The notes under the pieces are model-generated. The model did not search any database. It saw only the letters and a program-made list of their open reading frames with translations, and was not told the DNA's origin. Source: a virus (lineage: Duplodnaviria > Caudoviricetes). Taken from it: a stretch of DNA of 54,236 nt. Shown here piece by piece: positions 8,573-18,287 of this stretch. Position 1 is the first letter of the stretch; every line of letters starts with the position of its first letter. The position numbers were made by a program, and so were the translations under genes. The DNA lies in the IMG/VR virus record IMGVR_UViG_3300021962_000138, positions 1 through 54,236 of that record. The stretch is one strand, 5' to 3'.

Positions 8573-9480
8573 TGTTATGGACGGAAAAATATAGGCCGAA
8601 TAAAATTCAAGATGTAATAGGACAAGAACATTTTGTAATTGATGCTCAAAATTGGATTGAAATAAATGAAATGCCTAACCTATTACTTTATGGTAATTCG
8701 GGTATAGGCAAAACTGCGGGAGCAATTGCTCTTAGTAAATCTCTTCTTAAAGAACACTTCAAAGAAAACTTCTTTGAAATTAACGCTTCCGATGATAGAA
8801 GATTAGAAACTGTTAGAACTACAATTAAAGAAATTGCTCAAAGCGGTAAAATGGGTAATGTTCCATTTAAAATAATTCTATTAGATGAAATGGATGGAAT
8901 GACAACCGATTCGCAAAATGCCCTCAAAAGAATAATGGAAAGGTATGAATCTAATGTTCGTTTTATTATTACTTGTAATGATAAGACAAGAATCATTTTT
9001 GCTCTCCAAAGCCGATGTGCTAATTATCACTTCAAGCCCCTACCCTTTGACTTAGTTTCAAATGTTATTCAAAGGGTATTATCGAAGGAAGGTCATAGCC
9101 TAGATATTGAAGAAGTGGAGCAGTTTATATACCACTTCAACGGTGATATTCGTAGAACACTTACCGAATTACAGGCTTGCGTTGTATCGGGAACACGATT
9201 AAAAATACAAATGGAGAGGACATTAAAAGACTATGAAAATATTGTGAATGACATTATAAATAAAAATACAGAAAAAGCAATTGATAGGCTACATGATTCT
9301 ATTTACAACGGCCTTTCAATACAGGAAATCTGTATTGGAATACATGATTATGTCATTCAATGCGAAATGGAGGCAGAAAGAAAATTGAAATTCCTGCGAG
9401 TAGTTGGTGAGGGGGAATATAGAGCCACGACTATGACCCCTAAACTCCTCGCTTCATGGATAGTGGCCCAACTAATATAG
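8563..9480 (+). CDS. rfcS: replication factor C small subunit
   Basis: WTEKYRP, GNSGIGKT, EINASDDR, LDEMD, LQSRC, GDIRR. Confidence 0.95.
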   Translation: MVIMLWTEKYRPNKIQDVIGQEHFVIDAQNWIEINEMPNLLLYGNSGIGKTAGAIALSKSLLKEHFKENFFEINASDDRRLETVRTTIKEIAQSGKMGNVPFKIILLDEMDGMTTDSQNALKRIMERYESNVRFIITCNDKTRIIFALQSRCANYHFKPLPFDLVSNVIQRVLSKEGHSLDIEEVEQFIYHFNGDIRRTLTELQACVVSGTRLKIQMERTLKDYENIVNDIINKNTEKAIDRLHDSIYNGLSIQEICIGIHDYVIQCEMEAERKLKFLRVVGEGEYRATTMTPKLLASWIVAQLI

Positions 9481-9492
9481 GAGGTAAAAAAA

Positions 9493-10695
9493 ATGCAAAA
9501 CGAAATACAAAAAGCGGCTGAAAAACTTGGCCTTTCTCTTGAGGAAGCACAAGTTAAGTATGAGGAAATATGCAAGGAGAACAATACAGAAGAGGGTAGC
9601 CCTCTTTCTATCGCCCTATGGCGTTCTTATGCAGGACAACGAATACGAGCCATGAACACAAGCAGTAACGACAGACAAACAAGCGGAGATTTGGTAAAAC
9701 AAGCCTTTGGCTTCTTCTTTTCTCTAGAAGAACCTAGAGATTTGAACGATTATGCCCGAAGAGTTGCCCTTGAAGAATACAAAAGAGATTCTTTTGGAGC
9801 ATATCAAAGTGGTAAAGTTGCTTTAGCCGAAGAAAAAGAAGGCGGATTTAATATTTCTCGCTACTCCGAAGGAACTTTAGAAGAAAAGATTGTGAAAAAT
9901 CTACCTTCTTGTTCTGTTTTCATTGAAGACGGAACAATTGTTATTCCTTTGGATTCTACTAAGAATTACCAAAACGGAGGAGAAAACGCTAACTTTGGAA
10001 AACCACTAAAAGAAACTATGCGTAGAACAGGTTTGTTTTTGGGTAAAGTTGGGGATGATACAGAATACCGATTCTACAATTTCTCTTACAAGAATCAAGG
10101 AGGAGTTGAATTTTCTCCTTCTACTTTTGAATGGCTACACATGGCGGTTATTCTTGATAATAACCGTGAAGGTTTCATTTATGGATTCACCGATAAGACA
10201 CTAGGTAGTCTTAGAATGAATACTGATTTAGACCCCGAAGGCGATACATACAGGAATGTTTCAAGTGTTGATATGCTTCAACTGTTGATTAACGCAGTTC
10301 CTAACAATGTTACTCCTTTGACAATGCTTGATGCCAAACACATTGAACTAAGAGATAGAGTAGCAAGTGAACGGTTTGTAATTACTGATGGAACGGTAAT
10401 CAACATGAACATGACCCCTACGGCTAACGGTAATCGAATCATTAACCTTAGTGATTTGAATGCGGAAGTTGATTATGAAGGTGATGGGATGACAACTTGT
10501 TGGATTCCCGAAGGAATAGATATTGATTTCGGGATTGGTTCTTCTGTTGTAGTTGTTGGGCGTTCTTCTCAAAGAGAAACAGAAGACGGCTATGAACCCG
10601 CTACAATCAATGTTAGTGGCCTCCTTGTTACTGAAAAGGTCGGCCATGTTGTTGATATTGAACAAGCGGAGGAAGAGAACTTAGATTGGTTCTAA
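9493..10695 (+). CDS. RPA-like OB-fold ssDNA-binding protein
   Basis: OB-like beta-rich C-terminal half, acidic-aromatic tail EEENLDWF, replication context. Confidence 0.55.
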   Translation: MQNEIQKAAEKLGLSLEEAQVKYEEICKENNTEEGSPLSIALWRSYAGQRIRAMNTSSNDRQTSGDLVKQAFGFFFSLEEPRDLNDYARRVALEEYKRDSFGAYQSGKVALAEEKEGGFNISRYSEGTLEEKIVKNLPSCSVFIEDGTIVIPLDSTKNYQNGGENANFGKPLKETMRRTGLFLGKVGDDTEYRFYNFSYKNQGGVEFSPSTFEWLHMAVILDNNREGFIYGFTDKTLGSLRMNTDLDPEGDTYRNVSSVDMLQLLINAVPNNVTPLTMLDAKHIELRDRVASERFVITDGTVINMNMTPTANGNRIINLSDLNAEVDYEGDGMTTCWIPEGIDIDFGIGSSVVVVGRSSQRETEDGYEPATINVSGLLVTEKVGHVVDIEQAEEENLDWF

Positions 10696-10794
10696 TCCAA
10701 AAGGGGAATTCAACCTCTTTCCATGCAAGTGTAAGTATGAACTTGTGGATAAAATTGATGCTCAAATGGGTGCAAAGCCCTATTAGGTGATACT

Positions 10795-11007
10795 ATGGAA
10801 ATAAAATATAATGCAATAGAAACAGATAGAGCATATGTTAGATATAATAATATTCAACATATCTCATGGGCGAAAGCAACATCGGGAAATTTTGAAGTTA
10901 AAATTCACACTTCTAATAATAATCCGATTATACAACTCTTTACAAAAGAAGAATTTGATAATTTTTTAAATTCTTATAAAGATTTTTTTAAGAGGGTGAA
11001 TAAATGA
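10795..11007 (+). CDS. small hypothetical protein (probable paralog of the next gene)
   Basis: GGTGA RBS; NFEVKIHTS resembles NFHIKLHIG of the next ORF. Confidence 0.6.
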   Translation: MEIKYNAIETDRAYVRYNNIQHISWAKATSGNFEVKIHTSNNNPIIQLFTKEEFDNFLNSYKDFFKRVNK

Positions 11008-11210
11008 TTATTTACGATGATAACTACCTTACTTATGATGATAAGTGGGTCGTGAATTTGGCTAAAGTTGAATTCATTACCATGAAACAAAATTGGGAGA
11101 ATAATAACTTCCATATTAAACTCCACATTGGTTCAAAAGAAGTTAGAATGGAATTAGATTCTAATTCTACCGTTGATGAACTAATAAAAAGATGGAAACA
11201 AACAAGGTGA
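11004..11210 (+). CDS. small hypothetical protein
   Basis: GAGGGTGA RBS; same size and pattern as the previous ORF. Confidence 0.6.
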   Translation: MIIYDDNYLTYDDKWVVNLAKVEFITMKQNWENNNFHIKLHIGSKEVRMELDSNSTVDELIKRWKQTR

Positions 11211-12016
11211 AAATAATGATAAGCAAAATGCAAAATAAAGAAGATGCTACCGCAATCAATCTAAATGCGGTTAGGCAATTAATTGAACAACAAAAGAAAG
11301 AAAATAAGGAAAGCGAAACTAAAATTCTATTAGGAATAGAAGGAGATGCAAAGACAGGAAAATCGGGTCTTTGTATGGATTCTAACTTGAAAACTTTCTA
11401 TTTAGATGTAGATGATGGAGCAGTTCCTACATGGAAAACAAACCATAATTCAACTGATAGAATTTTGATTCTTAATCCCGAAATTAAGAATGAACAAAAT
11501 GAAACTATGCCTTACCAAACTCAAGGAATGATTCGTTCATTTATTGCTTTGGTTCAAGAAGAAATAGATAAAGGAGAAGAAGTCCTTTTCATTTGGGATG
11601 GTGTAGATACATGGTTAGATTATTGCACCCTCTATATGACGGGCATGGAAAATTCTAGAATGAGGCCGATGAAAGTTGATAAACAACAAGAATGGTATCA
11701 ACGAAATCAACCGTTTAGAGAAGTGCTAAAGGAAGCCATTTCATTGAATTGTCATAGAATTTTTATTACTCATACAAAGCCTCCTTTTAGAGATGAACCC
11801 CCTCAACCTATATGGAATAGACTCGATTCACAACTTCATTCTATTCTACAAACTTATGTGAGGTTTTCTCCAAAGGGAACAGAATATGTTGTTAGAGTAA
11901 AAAGTTCTAAATTTCATCCCGAATTAGTGGGCGATACTTCGGTATTTCTTACCATAGGAAATGATAAAAAAGTAATATGGAATGGGTATGCTCCATTAAA
12001 GGAGTTTTCAATATGA
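11192..12016 (+). CDS. AAA_24/Sak4-like RecA-fold ATPase
   Basis: GDAKTGKS, YLDVDDG, FIWDG, IFITH; probable start ATG 11216 after GGTGA. Confidence 0.75.
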   Translation: METNKVKIMISKMQNKEDATAINLNAVRQLIEQQKKENKESETKILLGIEGDAKTGKSGLCMDSNLKTFYLDVDDGAVPTWKTNHNSTDRILILNPEIKNEQNETMPYQTQGMIRSFIALVQEEIDKGEEVLFIWDGVDTWLDYCTLYMTGMENSRMRPMKVDKQQEWYQRNQPFREVLKEAISLNCHRIFITHTKPPFRDEPPQPIWNRLDSQLHSILQTYVRFSPKGTEYVVRVKSSKFHPELVGDTSVFLTIGNDKKVIWNGYAPLKEFSI

Positions 12017-12759
12017 CATTTACAATTGATAGTTCGGCTTTAAAGGAAGGCATTGAAACCGTTTTACTTTCGGGTAAATACGGTGAAAAAAACTCATCAT
12101 TAAATGATGAAATTGTTCTTTATGGAACAGATACACATTTACAGTTATGGAATGGCGATGCTTCACTTATTTGTTCCATAGATATTCCTTATGTTGTAGA
12201 AATAGCCCCTAAGAATTGTATCATTTCTTCAAATGATATTTTGCCCTTCCTTAAGAAAATGAAAGGAGAACTCATTATCAATATTGAAGATAATTTGAGT
12301 ATTACTCAAGACAATACACAAATTACTGTTCCCTTACTCGTTGCTCATCCTAATAGGAATGCTATTGAGAAGATTATGAGTTCTTGTATTCTTTCTTATT
12401 CTTTTGAAGAAGAGATTCCTCTTTTCTTAAATACCTCATTTGAAAGTGCATTAGAACTTACTAGTGATTCTTTGATTGAGGCTCTTACTTTAAGCGAAGT
12501 AGTAGGAACAGGTATCTTTAATTTTAATATAAATGAAGAAAACAATCTAATCATTTCTTCTAGAACAAATACGAAAACATATTCTAAGGAATTAATTCCT
12601 CTCAAATTTAAAGGAGAAAGAGCAACCGTAGATTTCACTTCTCCAATTCATAAGTTCTTTAAAAATACAGAAACAATAACGGTGTTTCTTAAAGATGATT
12701 TCCCACTTTATTTTATTAGTGATGATAGAAGAATTTTAAGAGCCCCTAGATTAGAGTAG
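12013..12759 (+). CDS. pcn: sliding clamp (PCNA-like)
   Basis: About 248 aa, acidic, two-domain pattern, C-terminal FPL...ILRAPR like PCNA LAPR; directly upstream of PolB; start MTFTID after GGAG. Confidence 0.75.
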   Translation: MTFTIDSSALKEGIETVLLSGKYGEKNSSLNDEIVLYGTDTHLQLWNGDASLICSIDIPYVVEIAPKNCIISSNDILPFLKKMKGELIINIEDNLSITQDNTQITVPLLVAHPNRNAIEKIMSSCILSYSFEEEIPLFLNTSFESALELTSDSLIEALTLSEVVGTGIFNFNINEENNLIISSRTNTKTYSKELIPLKFKGERATVDFTSPIHKFFKNTETITVFLKDDFPLYFISDDRRILRAPRLE

Positions 12760-12764
12760 ATTAT

Positions 12765-14510
12765 ATGATATTAAGTAACAATGAAAATAAAATATATATT
12801 AGATGGCGAGAAAACAATACAGTCAAAGAGAAATTGGTTGATTATAAACCATATTTCTTTGTAAAGGATTCTTACATAGAACCTAAATCCTACAAAATTA
12901 AAACAGGAGGAATTAATCTTGTTCGTGATTATACTTATGAAAAAGGCGATTTCGTTAATCTTAACAATGAGAAATTGAAGAAAGTATTCTATGACAGGCC
13001 TTCGGATTTGAACATAGCAAAACTTTCCTTTCAACATGAAAGATTAGGGGATATGACATACGAAGCCGATGTTCCCCCTACTGTTAGATATGCCATTGAT
13101 AATTTAGAAAGTATGCCCGAATACAGAATGCGTAAATGGTATTGGGATATGGAATGGCAACAAGGTGGAGAATACCATGATTGCATTACTACTATTGTAG
13201 CGTATGATAATTACGATGAAAAGTATTACCAATGGGTTTGGTTCCCTAATAATCTAAGAAATAGTGTTTCTAAAACTTTTAAAGAAACAAGGTTATTTTT
13301 CAATAATGAAAAAGATATGCTTGAAAACTTCATGAGAACAATGACTATAAAAGACCCCGATATGTTAATTGCATGGTTTGGTCTTAAGTTTGACCTACCC
13401 AAACTCTTAGAAAGATGTATTGCTTTAGATATTGATGCAACTATAATATCCCCAATTGGCCATATTGAAGGATTTGATTTTGGAAGTAAAAAATTTACAA
13501 GGTCGCAAGGCTATTCTCCTATTTCCCAAGCAATTAAAGGAAGGCTAACTCTCAATTTAGATATGGCCTTTGAGCGACAATGGAATGATGCACAAAAAGG
13601 CACTTTGCCTTCTTTAGCACTAGATTATGTGTCGGATATAGTATTGGGCGAAAAGAAAATGGTAAGCGAAAAGTTTGAAGATATGAATGAGTTTTATAGA
13701 AAAGCATGGCTTGAAGAAACAGAAACATATCTAGAATACGCTCTAAAAGATGTAGAGTTAATTGTTAGAATTGATGAAGAAAACTATTGTAGTGAATCTA
13801 TTCTAGCACTTCAAAGACTTCTAGTTGCTCCTTTCGATTCTTGTTTCTTTGCTTCTCATATGGCCTCTATTTATTTTATGAGAAATGCAGGATGGAAAGC
13901 CATAACTTCTAAGAATGAAGACTACAAAGAATGTTCTTCTTGTGGTTTTCAAAATCAAAATTCTAAAGATTTGAAGTCTTGTAAAAAATGTGGAGAAAGC
14001 CTATCTTATTCGGGTGCTATGATTTATCATCCATTAGATGAAAAAACAAATGGCTTACATTTTAATGTTGCGGCATTTGATTTTGCGGGTCTTTATCCTT
14101 CAATGATTATTGCTCGTAATATTTCATTTGAAACCAAAAGCGAAACCCCTACCGAATTCGGTGCTGATTTGAACACCCCACAGAATCTAAAACCTCTACC
14201 GAATGACTATGAAAAAGATATGAAATATTTCAAGACGGATAAATTAGGCCTACTACCAAAGGCTCTTTTGGAATTGAAGTCATTGAGAAATGAATATAAG
14301 AGTAACATGAAGAAGGCTCAATCGCAAGAAGAATATGCTAAGTGGTATAATAATCAAATGGCGGTAAAAAGACTATCTGCTTCTTTCTATGGGGTTCTAG
14401 CGAAAAAAGGGTATGGTTGGGGTGATGTTGAGTTAGCCTCTTCTATTACTGCTAGTGCAAGAGAATCAATTAGATTTGTAGCAAATAAAGTCAAGGAGAT
14501 GGAAGCATGA
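12765..14510 (+). CDS. polB: family B DNA polymerase, N-terminal part (exonuclease + motifs A, B)
   Basis: YEADV, WDME (ExoI), FDL (ExoII), YALKD (ExoIII), FDFAGLYPSMI (motif A), QMAVKRLSASFYG (motif B). Confidence 0.95.
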   Translation: MILSNNENKIYIRWRENNTVKEKLVDYKPYFFVKDSYIEPKSYKIKTGGINLVRDYTYEKGDFVNLNNEKLKKVFYDRPSDLNIAKLSFQHERLGDMTYEADVPPTVRYAIDNLESMPEYRMRKWYWDMEWQQGGEYHDCITTIVAYDNYDEKYYQWVWFPNNLRNSVSKTFKETRLFFNNEKDMLENFMRTMTIKDPDMLIAWFGLKFDLPKLLERCIALDIDATIISPIGHIEGFDFGSKKFTRSQGYSPISQAIKGRLTLNLDMAFERQWNDAQKGTLPSLALDYVSDIVLGEKKMVSEKFEDMNEFYRKAWLEETETYLEYALKDVELIVRIDEENYCSESILALQRLLVAPFDSCFFASHMASIYFMRNAGWKAITSKNEDYKECSSCGFQNQNSKDLKSCKKCGESLSYSGAMIYHPLDEKTNGLHFNVAAFDFAGLYPSMIIARNISFETKSETPTEFGADLNTPQNLKPLPNDYEKDMKYFKTDKLGLLPKALLELKSLRNEYKSNMKKAQSQEEYAKWYNNQMAVKRLSASFYGVLAKKGYGWGDVELASSITASARESIRFVANKVKEMEA

Positions 14511-14647
14511 AAAATATAATTTGTCCTGTATGTTATAAAAAAGAATTTAAGGTCTATGTAGATGTAGTAAAAAAAGTAATGATGATTAAGTGTCTTAATA
14601 AAAAATGTGAAAGAAAAGTATCATTTAGTATGAAATTGGAGGTATGA
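14507..14647 (+). CDS. 46-aa Zn-ribbon microprotein between the PolB halves
   Basis: MKNIICPVC...IKCLNKKC; ATGA-coupled; GGAG RBS. Confidence 0.55.
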   Translation: MKNIICPVCYKKEFKVYVDVVKKVMMIKCLNKKCERKVSFSMKLEV

Positions 14648-14649
14648 AT

Positions 14650-14808
14650 ATGTTTGATTTAGATAAATTAGTAGATGCACAAACAGAAACAACATTGGTA
14701 TTGTATGAACTTTTAGATAATATAAAAAGAAGTAATAAGATTTTGATGATGGTAAATATTGTAAATATTTTTACTATTATTACTATTTTTACTTTGTTCT
14801 TATTTTGA
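14650..14808 (+). CDS. 52-aa protein with C-terminal TM helix
   Basis: MFDLDKLVD...ILMMVNIVNIFTIITIFTLFLF; GGAGGT RBS. Confidence 0.55.
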   Translation: MFDLDKLVDAQTETTLVLYELLDNIKRSNKILMMVNIVNIFTIITIFTLFLF

Positions 14809-14817
14809 GGGGTTAAT

Positions 14818-14979
14818 ATGGATTACGAATTATTATTTATAATATATGTAATTGGTTCACTACCTATTCTTATCCATAAAATTGTAGGAGATTTTAAAAT
14901 TCTCACCAAAGAATTTAAAGAAATTATGAAAGAGAAACAACAAAATGAACCGAAGGGATTTTGGAGGGGCTTAAAATGA
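14818..14979 (+). CDS. 53-aa protein with N-terminal hydrophobic helix
   Basis: MDYELLFIIYVIGSLPILIHK...; GAGGGG RBS; stop overlaps the PolB-C ATG. Confidence 0.5.
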   Translation: MDYELLFIIYVIGSLPILIHKIVGDFKILTKEFKEIMKEKQQNEPKGFWRGLK

Positions 14980-15890
14980 AAGTAGTATATGGTCATACAG
15001 ATTCTATCTATGTTACAATTGATTCAATTGAAAAAGCCCAAGAAACAGTAGAACATCTTACGAAAGAAGTTCAATCCATATTCCCTAATCTTCTAAACTT
15101 AGAAGAACACCCCGTAGTTTTAGAATTTGAGAAATTTTATTCTTCTTTAGGAGTAGGAACAGTCAAAAATAGAAATGCAGGATTGGTTTCATGGAAAGAT
15201 GGTCAATTTCTAAAAGAAAAAGAATTCACTATGACAGGATTTACCGCAAAGCGTATTTCGGAAACCCCATTAGGTAAAGAAATACAATCTAAAGTCCTAA
15301 ATATGTGGGTTGAAGGAAAAACAAAAGAAGAAATAGATTCTTTTTGTAGAAGTGAATACAATAGGGTTTTGAAAGGTCATGCTTCAATCAAAGAATTGGC
15401 TAAAAGAAGCAGACTAAAAGAAGATAGACTAAAAACAAAATGTCGTTGTGGTAAGAAATCCGATTTATTTGAAATGATGGAGAAATGGATTGAAAGTCAT
15501 AAAGCAATCGAAAACCCCGAACCTTTTTGCTCTAAATGTGGACTATCTTTTGATAATTTTACAACGCTTCAAGGTAAAAAGCCCTCAATCAAAGAAGGTA
15601 TCGCAGGGGTGCTTTATTCTAAGTATGAGTTGGGATATGAATTTAACGACACGATACTTTTTTGTAGAATATTACCTCAATCCCGCAGTTTTATTCATGC
15701 AATTACGGGTAAAAGAGAAACTGCTAATTATGTTTCTGCTAATACTCTAAAAGAATTAAATAGATTTATTCCCGATTGGTCTTTTTATGCCGAAGAAGTA
15801 ATTAAGAAGGCTAAACCCGTCTACGATGCTATGGGTTGGGATATGAAAAGCATCAAAAACACACAAGCAAGTTTAAGTGAATGGTGGTAA
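14976..15890 (+). CDS. polB: family B DNA polymerase, C-terminal part (motif C, thumb, PIP box)
   Basis: YGHTDS, LEFEK, KNRNAG; terminal QASLSEWW PIP box; own GGAGGGG RBS before ATG 14976. Confidence 0.92.
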   Translation: MKVVYGHTDSIYVTIDSIEKAQETVEHLTKEVQSIFPNLLNLEEHPVVLEFEKFYSSLGVGTVKNRNAGLVSWKDGQFLKEKEFTMTGFTAKRISETPLGKEIQSKVLNMWVEGKTKEEIDSFCRSEYNRVLKGHASIKELAKRSRLKEDRLKTKCRCGKKSDLFEMMEKWIESHKAIENPEPFCSKCGLSFDNFTTLQGKKPSIKEGIAGVLYSKYELGYEFNDTILFCRILPQSRSFIHAITGKRETANYVSANTLKELNRFIPDWSFYAEEVIKKAKPVYDAMGWDMKSIKNTQASLSEWW

Positions 15891-16789
15891 AAATGAATGA
15901 ATACGATGTAGAAATAAAAAACATGAGAGAATACACATATCAATGGAATCCCGAAAATTATAGCGACCCTACAAAACCCATTTTGAAGATTAGTAAATCT
16001 TCATTAGGTTGTTATTTATGGTGTCCTTTAAAATACCAATACCAATATATTGAGAAAAGGCCCCAAGATACAACAGAAGCCATGCTTAAAGGAACTATCA
16101 TGCACAACGCTAGAGAAAAATTCTTTGAGGATTTTGATATTAACAAAGCGGAGAGTATGCCGAGAGACGAAGTAATAGATTATTGTAGTAGTCTTTTTGA
16201 AATTGATGATTACTTTGAAGATAATCTTACTGTTGCTATGTTTGAAGCAAATCGTTTTCTAGAATGTAGAGAAGAAAATAGGCTTGAGGAATTTTTACCC
16301 GTTCTTAACGAGAAAAAATTAGATTGCGAAATCACAATACTTTCCGATATTAACCCTAAATTTCCTCTTTCTAGGAATTATGTTGTTCGGCTTCAAGGAA
16401 TTATTGACCGTGTATTCTTAGAAAACGGTGGCTATATTCCAATGGAGTTTAAAACAGGAGGTTGGAAAGATACTAAGGCTACTTCGATGAGAAAAGAAAT
16501 GGCGTTTTATCAATTGATGATAGAAAATTCTACTCCAACAGTATTAAGAAATGCAGGACTAGAACCCAATACTCCCGTTACTCATTGGGCATGGTTCTAT
16601 CCAATAGCAAATCATTTTCATTGTGAGCCAATTAAAAAGAGTTCTAAAACTTCAGTAATAAAATCTATTGCGAAACTTATTCATGCTTATGAAAATAATC
16701 AATTTCCTGCGGATTTCTTTTTTAAGAAATGTAAGGGTTGCAGTTATTTTCCTATTTGTGATGGTGCTATCAATGATTCATGGGTGTAA
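15881..16789 (+). CDS. Cas4-like PD-(D/E)xK exonuclease
   Basis: SKSS..C..CP, GTIMH, GIIDR, EFKTG, C-terminal CKGCSYFPIC (Fe-S staple). Confidence 0.88.
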   Translation: MVVKMNEYDVEIKNMREYTYQWNPENYSDPTKPILKISKSSLGCYLWCPLKYQYQYIEKRPQDTTEAMLKGTIMHNAREKFFEDFDINKAESMPRDEVIDYCSSLFEIDDYFEDNLTVAMFEANRFLECREENRLEEFLPVLNEKKLDCEITILSDINPKFPLSRNYVVRLQGIIDRVFLENGGYIPMEFKTGGWKDTKATSMRKEMAFYQLMIENSTPTVLRNAGLEPNTPVTHWAWFYPIANHFHCEPIKKSSKTSVIKSIAKLIHAYENNQFPADFFFKKCKGCSYFPICDGAINDSWV

Positions 16790-17157
16790 ATATGAAAGAT
16801 TTAATCGAAGCAAAAGTTCTTTCTAAGAATTGGTCTTTTAGTGAAATATCTAATTTAGGAGAAACCATAGAAATTCTTTCTAAAGATATTTTTAGTGAAA
16901 TAAATGTTCTAGAAAGATTTGAGTTAATAAGAGAAATAAAAATAAATGATAATTTTGTTGGTATGTCTTTTGAAGACGCTTTTAGAGAAACTGTTATGAT
17001 TCATCTTAAAGGTGAAATAGCAGGAGTCATAAGAGAAATGTTAGATAAAGCAACCGTCAATTTTGGAGGTAATAAAAATGAAATTTCCGAGAGAAGTGTG
17101 GGCGGGGAGCCATCTAAAAAACGCACCACAGATGAAAAGAAAAATAGTCAAAAATAA
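16780..17157 (+). CDS. hypothetical protein
   Basis: 125-aa ORF; probable start ATG 16792. Confidence 0.55.
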   Translation: MGVNMKDLIEAKVLSKNWSFSEISNLGETIEILSKDIFSEINVLERFELIREIKINDNFVGMSFEDAFRETVMIHLKGEIAGVIREMLDKATVNFGGNKNEISERSVGGEPSKKRTTDEKKNSQK

Positions 17158-18118
17158 ATCCGAATATGCTAGTTTTGTTAAGAACCAAAACAACAGAACT
17201 AATGTCTATACTACGGTATATGACTTTGGGTATTTTTCGGAAACCGCTAAAGTTGATTCATCAGTTATTCTTGATAGAGTCTTTTTAGATTTTGATGCTC
17301 ACGATGATAATTTGGAAAAAGCATTTGAAGATACAAAAAATGTTTCTTCATATTTGAGGTCGAAGGACTATGAACACACTATGTTTTTTTCGGGCAAGGG
17401 GTTTCACATTTTTGTCTTTGGCGAAAGAACATTTGACATTCGACAAATCCATGCTTTTCACAAAGAAATCAAAACCTTACTCCCTCAAGAAAATACTCTT
17501 GACGATAGAGTAGGCCAACCTACAAGATTGAGAAGAGTTCCTAATACCGTAAATATGTCAAGTGCCGATGAAAACGGCCAACCGTATTATTGTATTCCTA
17601 TCTTTGAAAATGACTTGAAAATGGGTCTTCAAAAAATCAAAATATTGGCCTCCGAGCCTAGACTAATTGCACGAAAAACGATAGGAAATTCAAAGGTAAA
17701 ATGGCCAATTTTGAACATTATTGATGAGGTTCAAGAAGAAGCCAAAGTTATCAATGTTGAAGGGAATTTACCAATTCTACCTTGCTTGTATTCGGCCATT
17801 ATGGTAGAGAATCCTTCTCATATGGCGAGAGCATATCTAGTTGCATGGTATCGGGATTTGCTATCACAGAAAACAAATTTGATTACCAATACTCAAAAAC
17901 AAGAAGTCCTCAATACAATAGTGGATGAAATTGAAAAATTAGTTTCGGGTGAAGTTTGGTTAGATTGGGATAAAGAAACAACAAGAAAACACGCACGATT
18001 TACAGTCAATGGTAATTATAATGCTCCAAACTGTAAATCAAAATTGATTCCCGAAGGATATTGTGTAGGTAGGTGTTGGCGATACCCCGATTATTTGGAT
18101 GGTGTAAAAAATGATTGA
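17078..18118 (+). CDS. archaeo-eukaryotic primase, PriS fused to a PriL-like Fe-S domain
   Basis: FLDFD, FSGKGFH, RLRRVPNT; C-terminal LPC...H.AR...Y.APNC...CVGRC. Confidence 0.88.
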   Translation: MKFPREVWAGSHLKNAPQMKRKIVKNKSEYASFVKNQNNRTNVYTTVYDFGYFSETAKVDSSVILDRVFLDFDAHDDNLEKAFEDTKNVSSYLRSKDYEHTMFFSGKGFHIFVFGERTFDIRQIHAFHKEIKTLLPQENTLDDRVGQPTRLRRVPNTVNMSSADENGQPYYCIPIFENDLKMGLQKIKILASEPRLIARKTIGNSKVKWPILNIIDEVQEEAKVINVEGNLPILPCLYSAIMVENPSHMARAYLVAWYRDLLSQKTNLITNTQKQEVLNTIVDEIEKLVSGEVWLDWDKETTRKHARFTVNGNYNAPNCKSKLIPEGYCVGRCWRYPDYLDGVKND

Positions 18119-18287
18119 ATATATATCGCTTGTTTTAATAATTTTCAGTTTCTTTATGAACCTAATCCTCTTCGGTGGAATATCAGCATTACATGATATG
18201 ATTAAAATTCTATTATTACAACAAGTAGAAAATCCCGAAATTGAAAATAAAAATGACTATACTAAATGGGATGATGGTCAATGTTAA
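18111..18287 (+). CDS. 58-aa membrane protein
   Basis: MIEYISLVLIIFSFFMNLILFGGISAL... Confidence 0.5.
   Translation: MIEYISLVLIIFSFFMNLILFGGISALHDMIKILLLQQVENPEIENKNDYTKWDDGQC

Noticed and set aside
10760-10790. tRNA gene suggested by a T-arm-like hairpin
   Set aside because: No acceptor, D or anticodon arms could be built; kept only as a possible structured element.
14511-14975. Intron or intein interrupting polB
   Set aside because: The gap is filled by three coupled ORFs with RBSs, the second half has its own RBS and ATG, and there are no intein terminal motifs.
15881-16789. Cas4-like gene as a sign of a CRISPR system
   Set aside because: No repeat-spacer array or other cas genes were seen; solo Cas4-like nucleases are common in archaeal virus replication modules.
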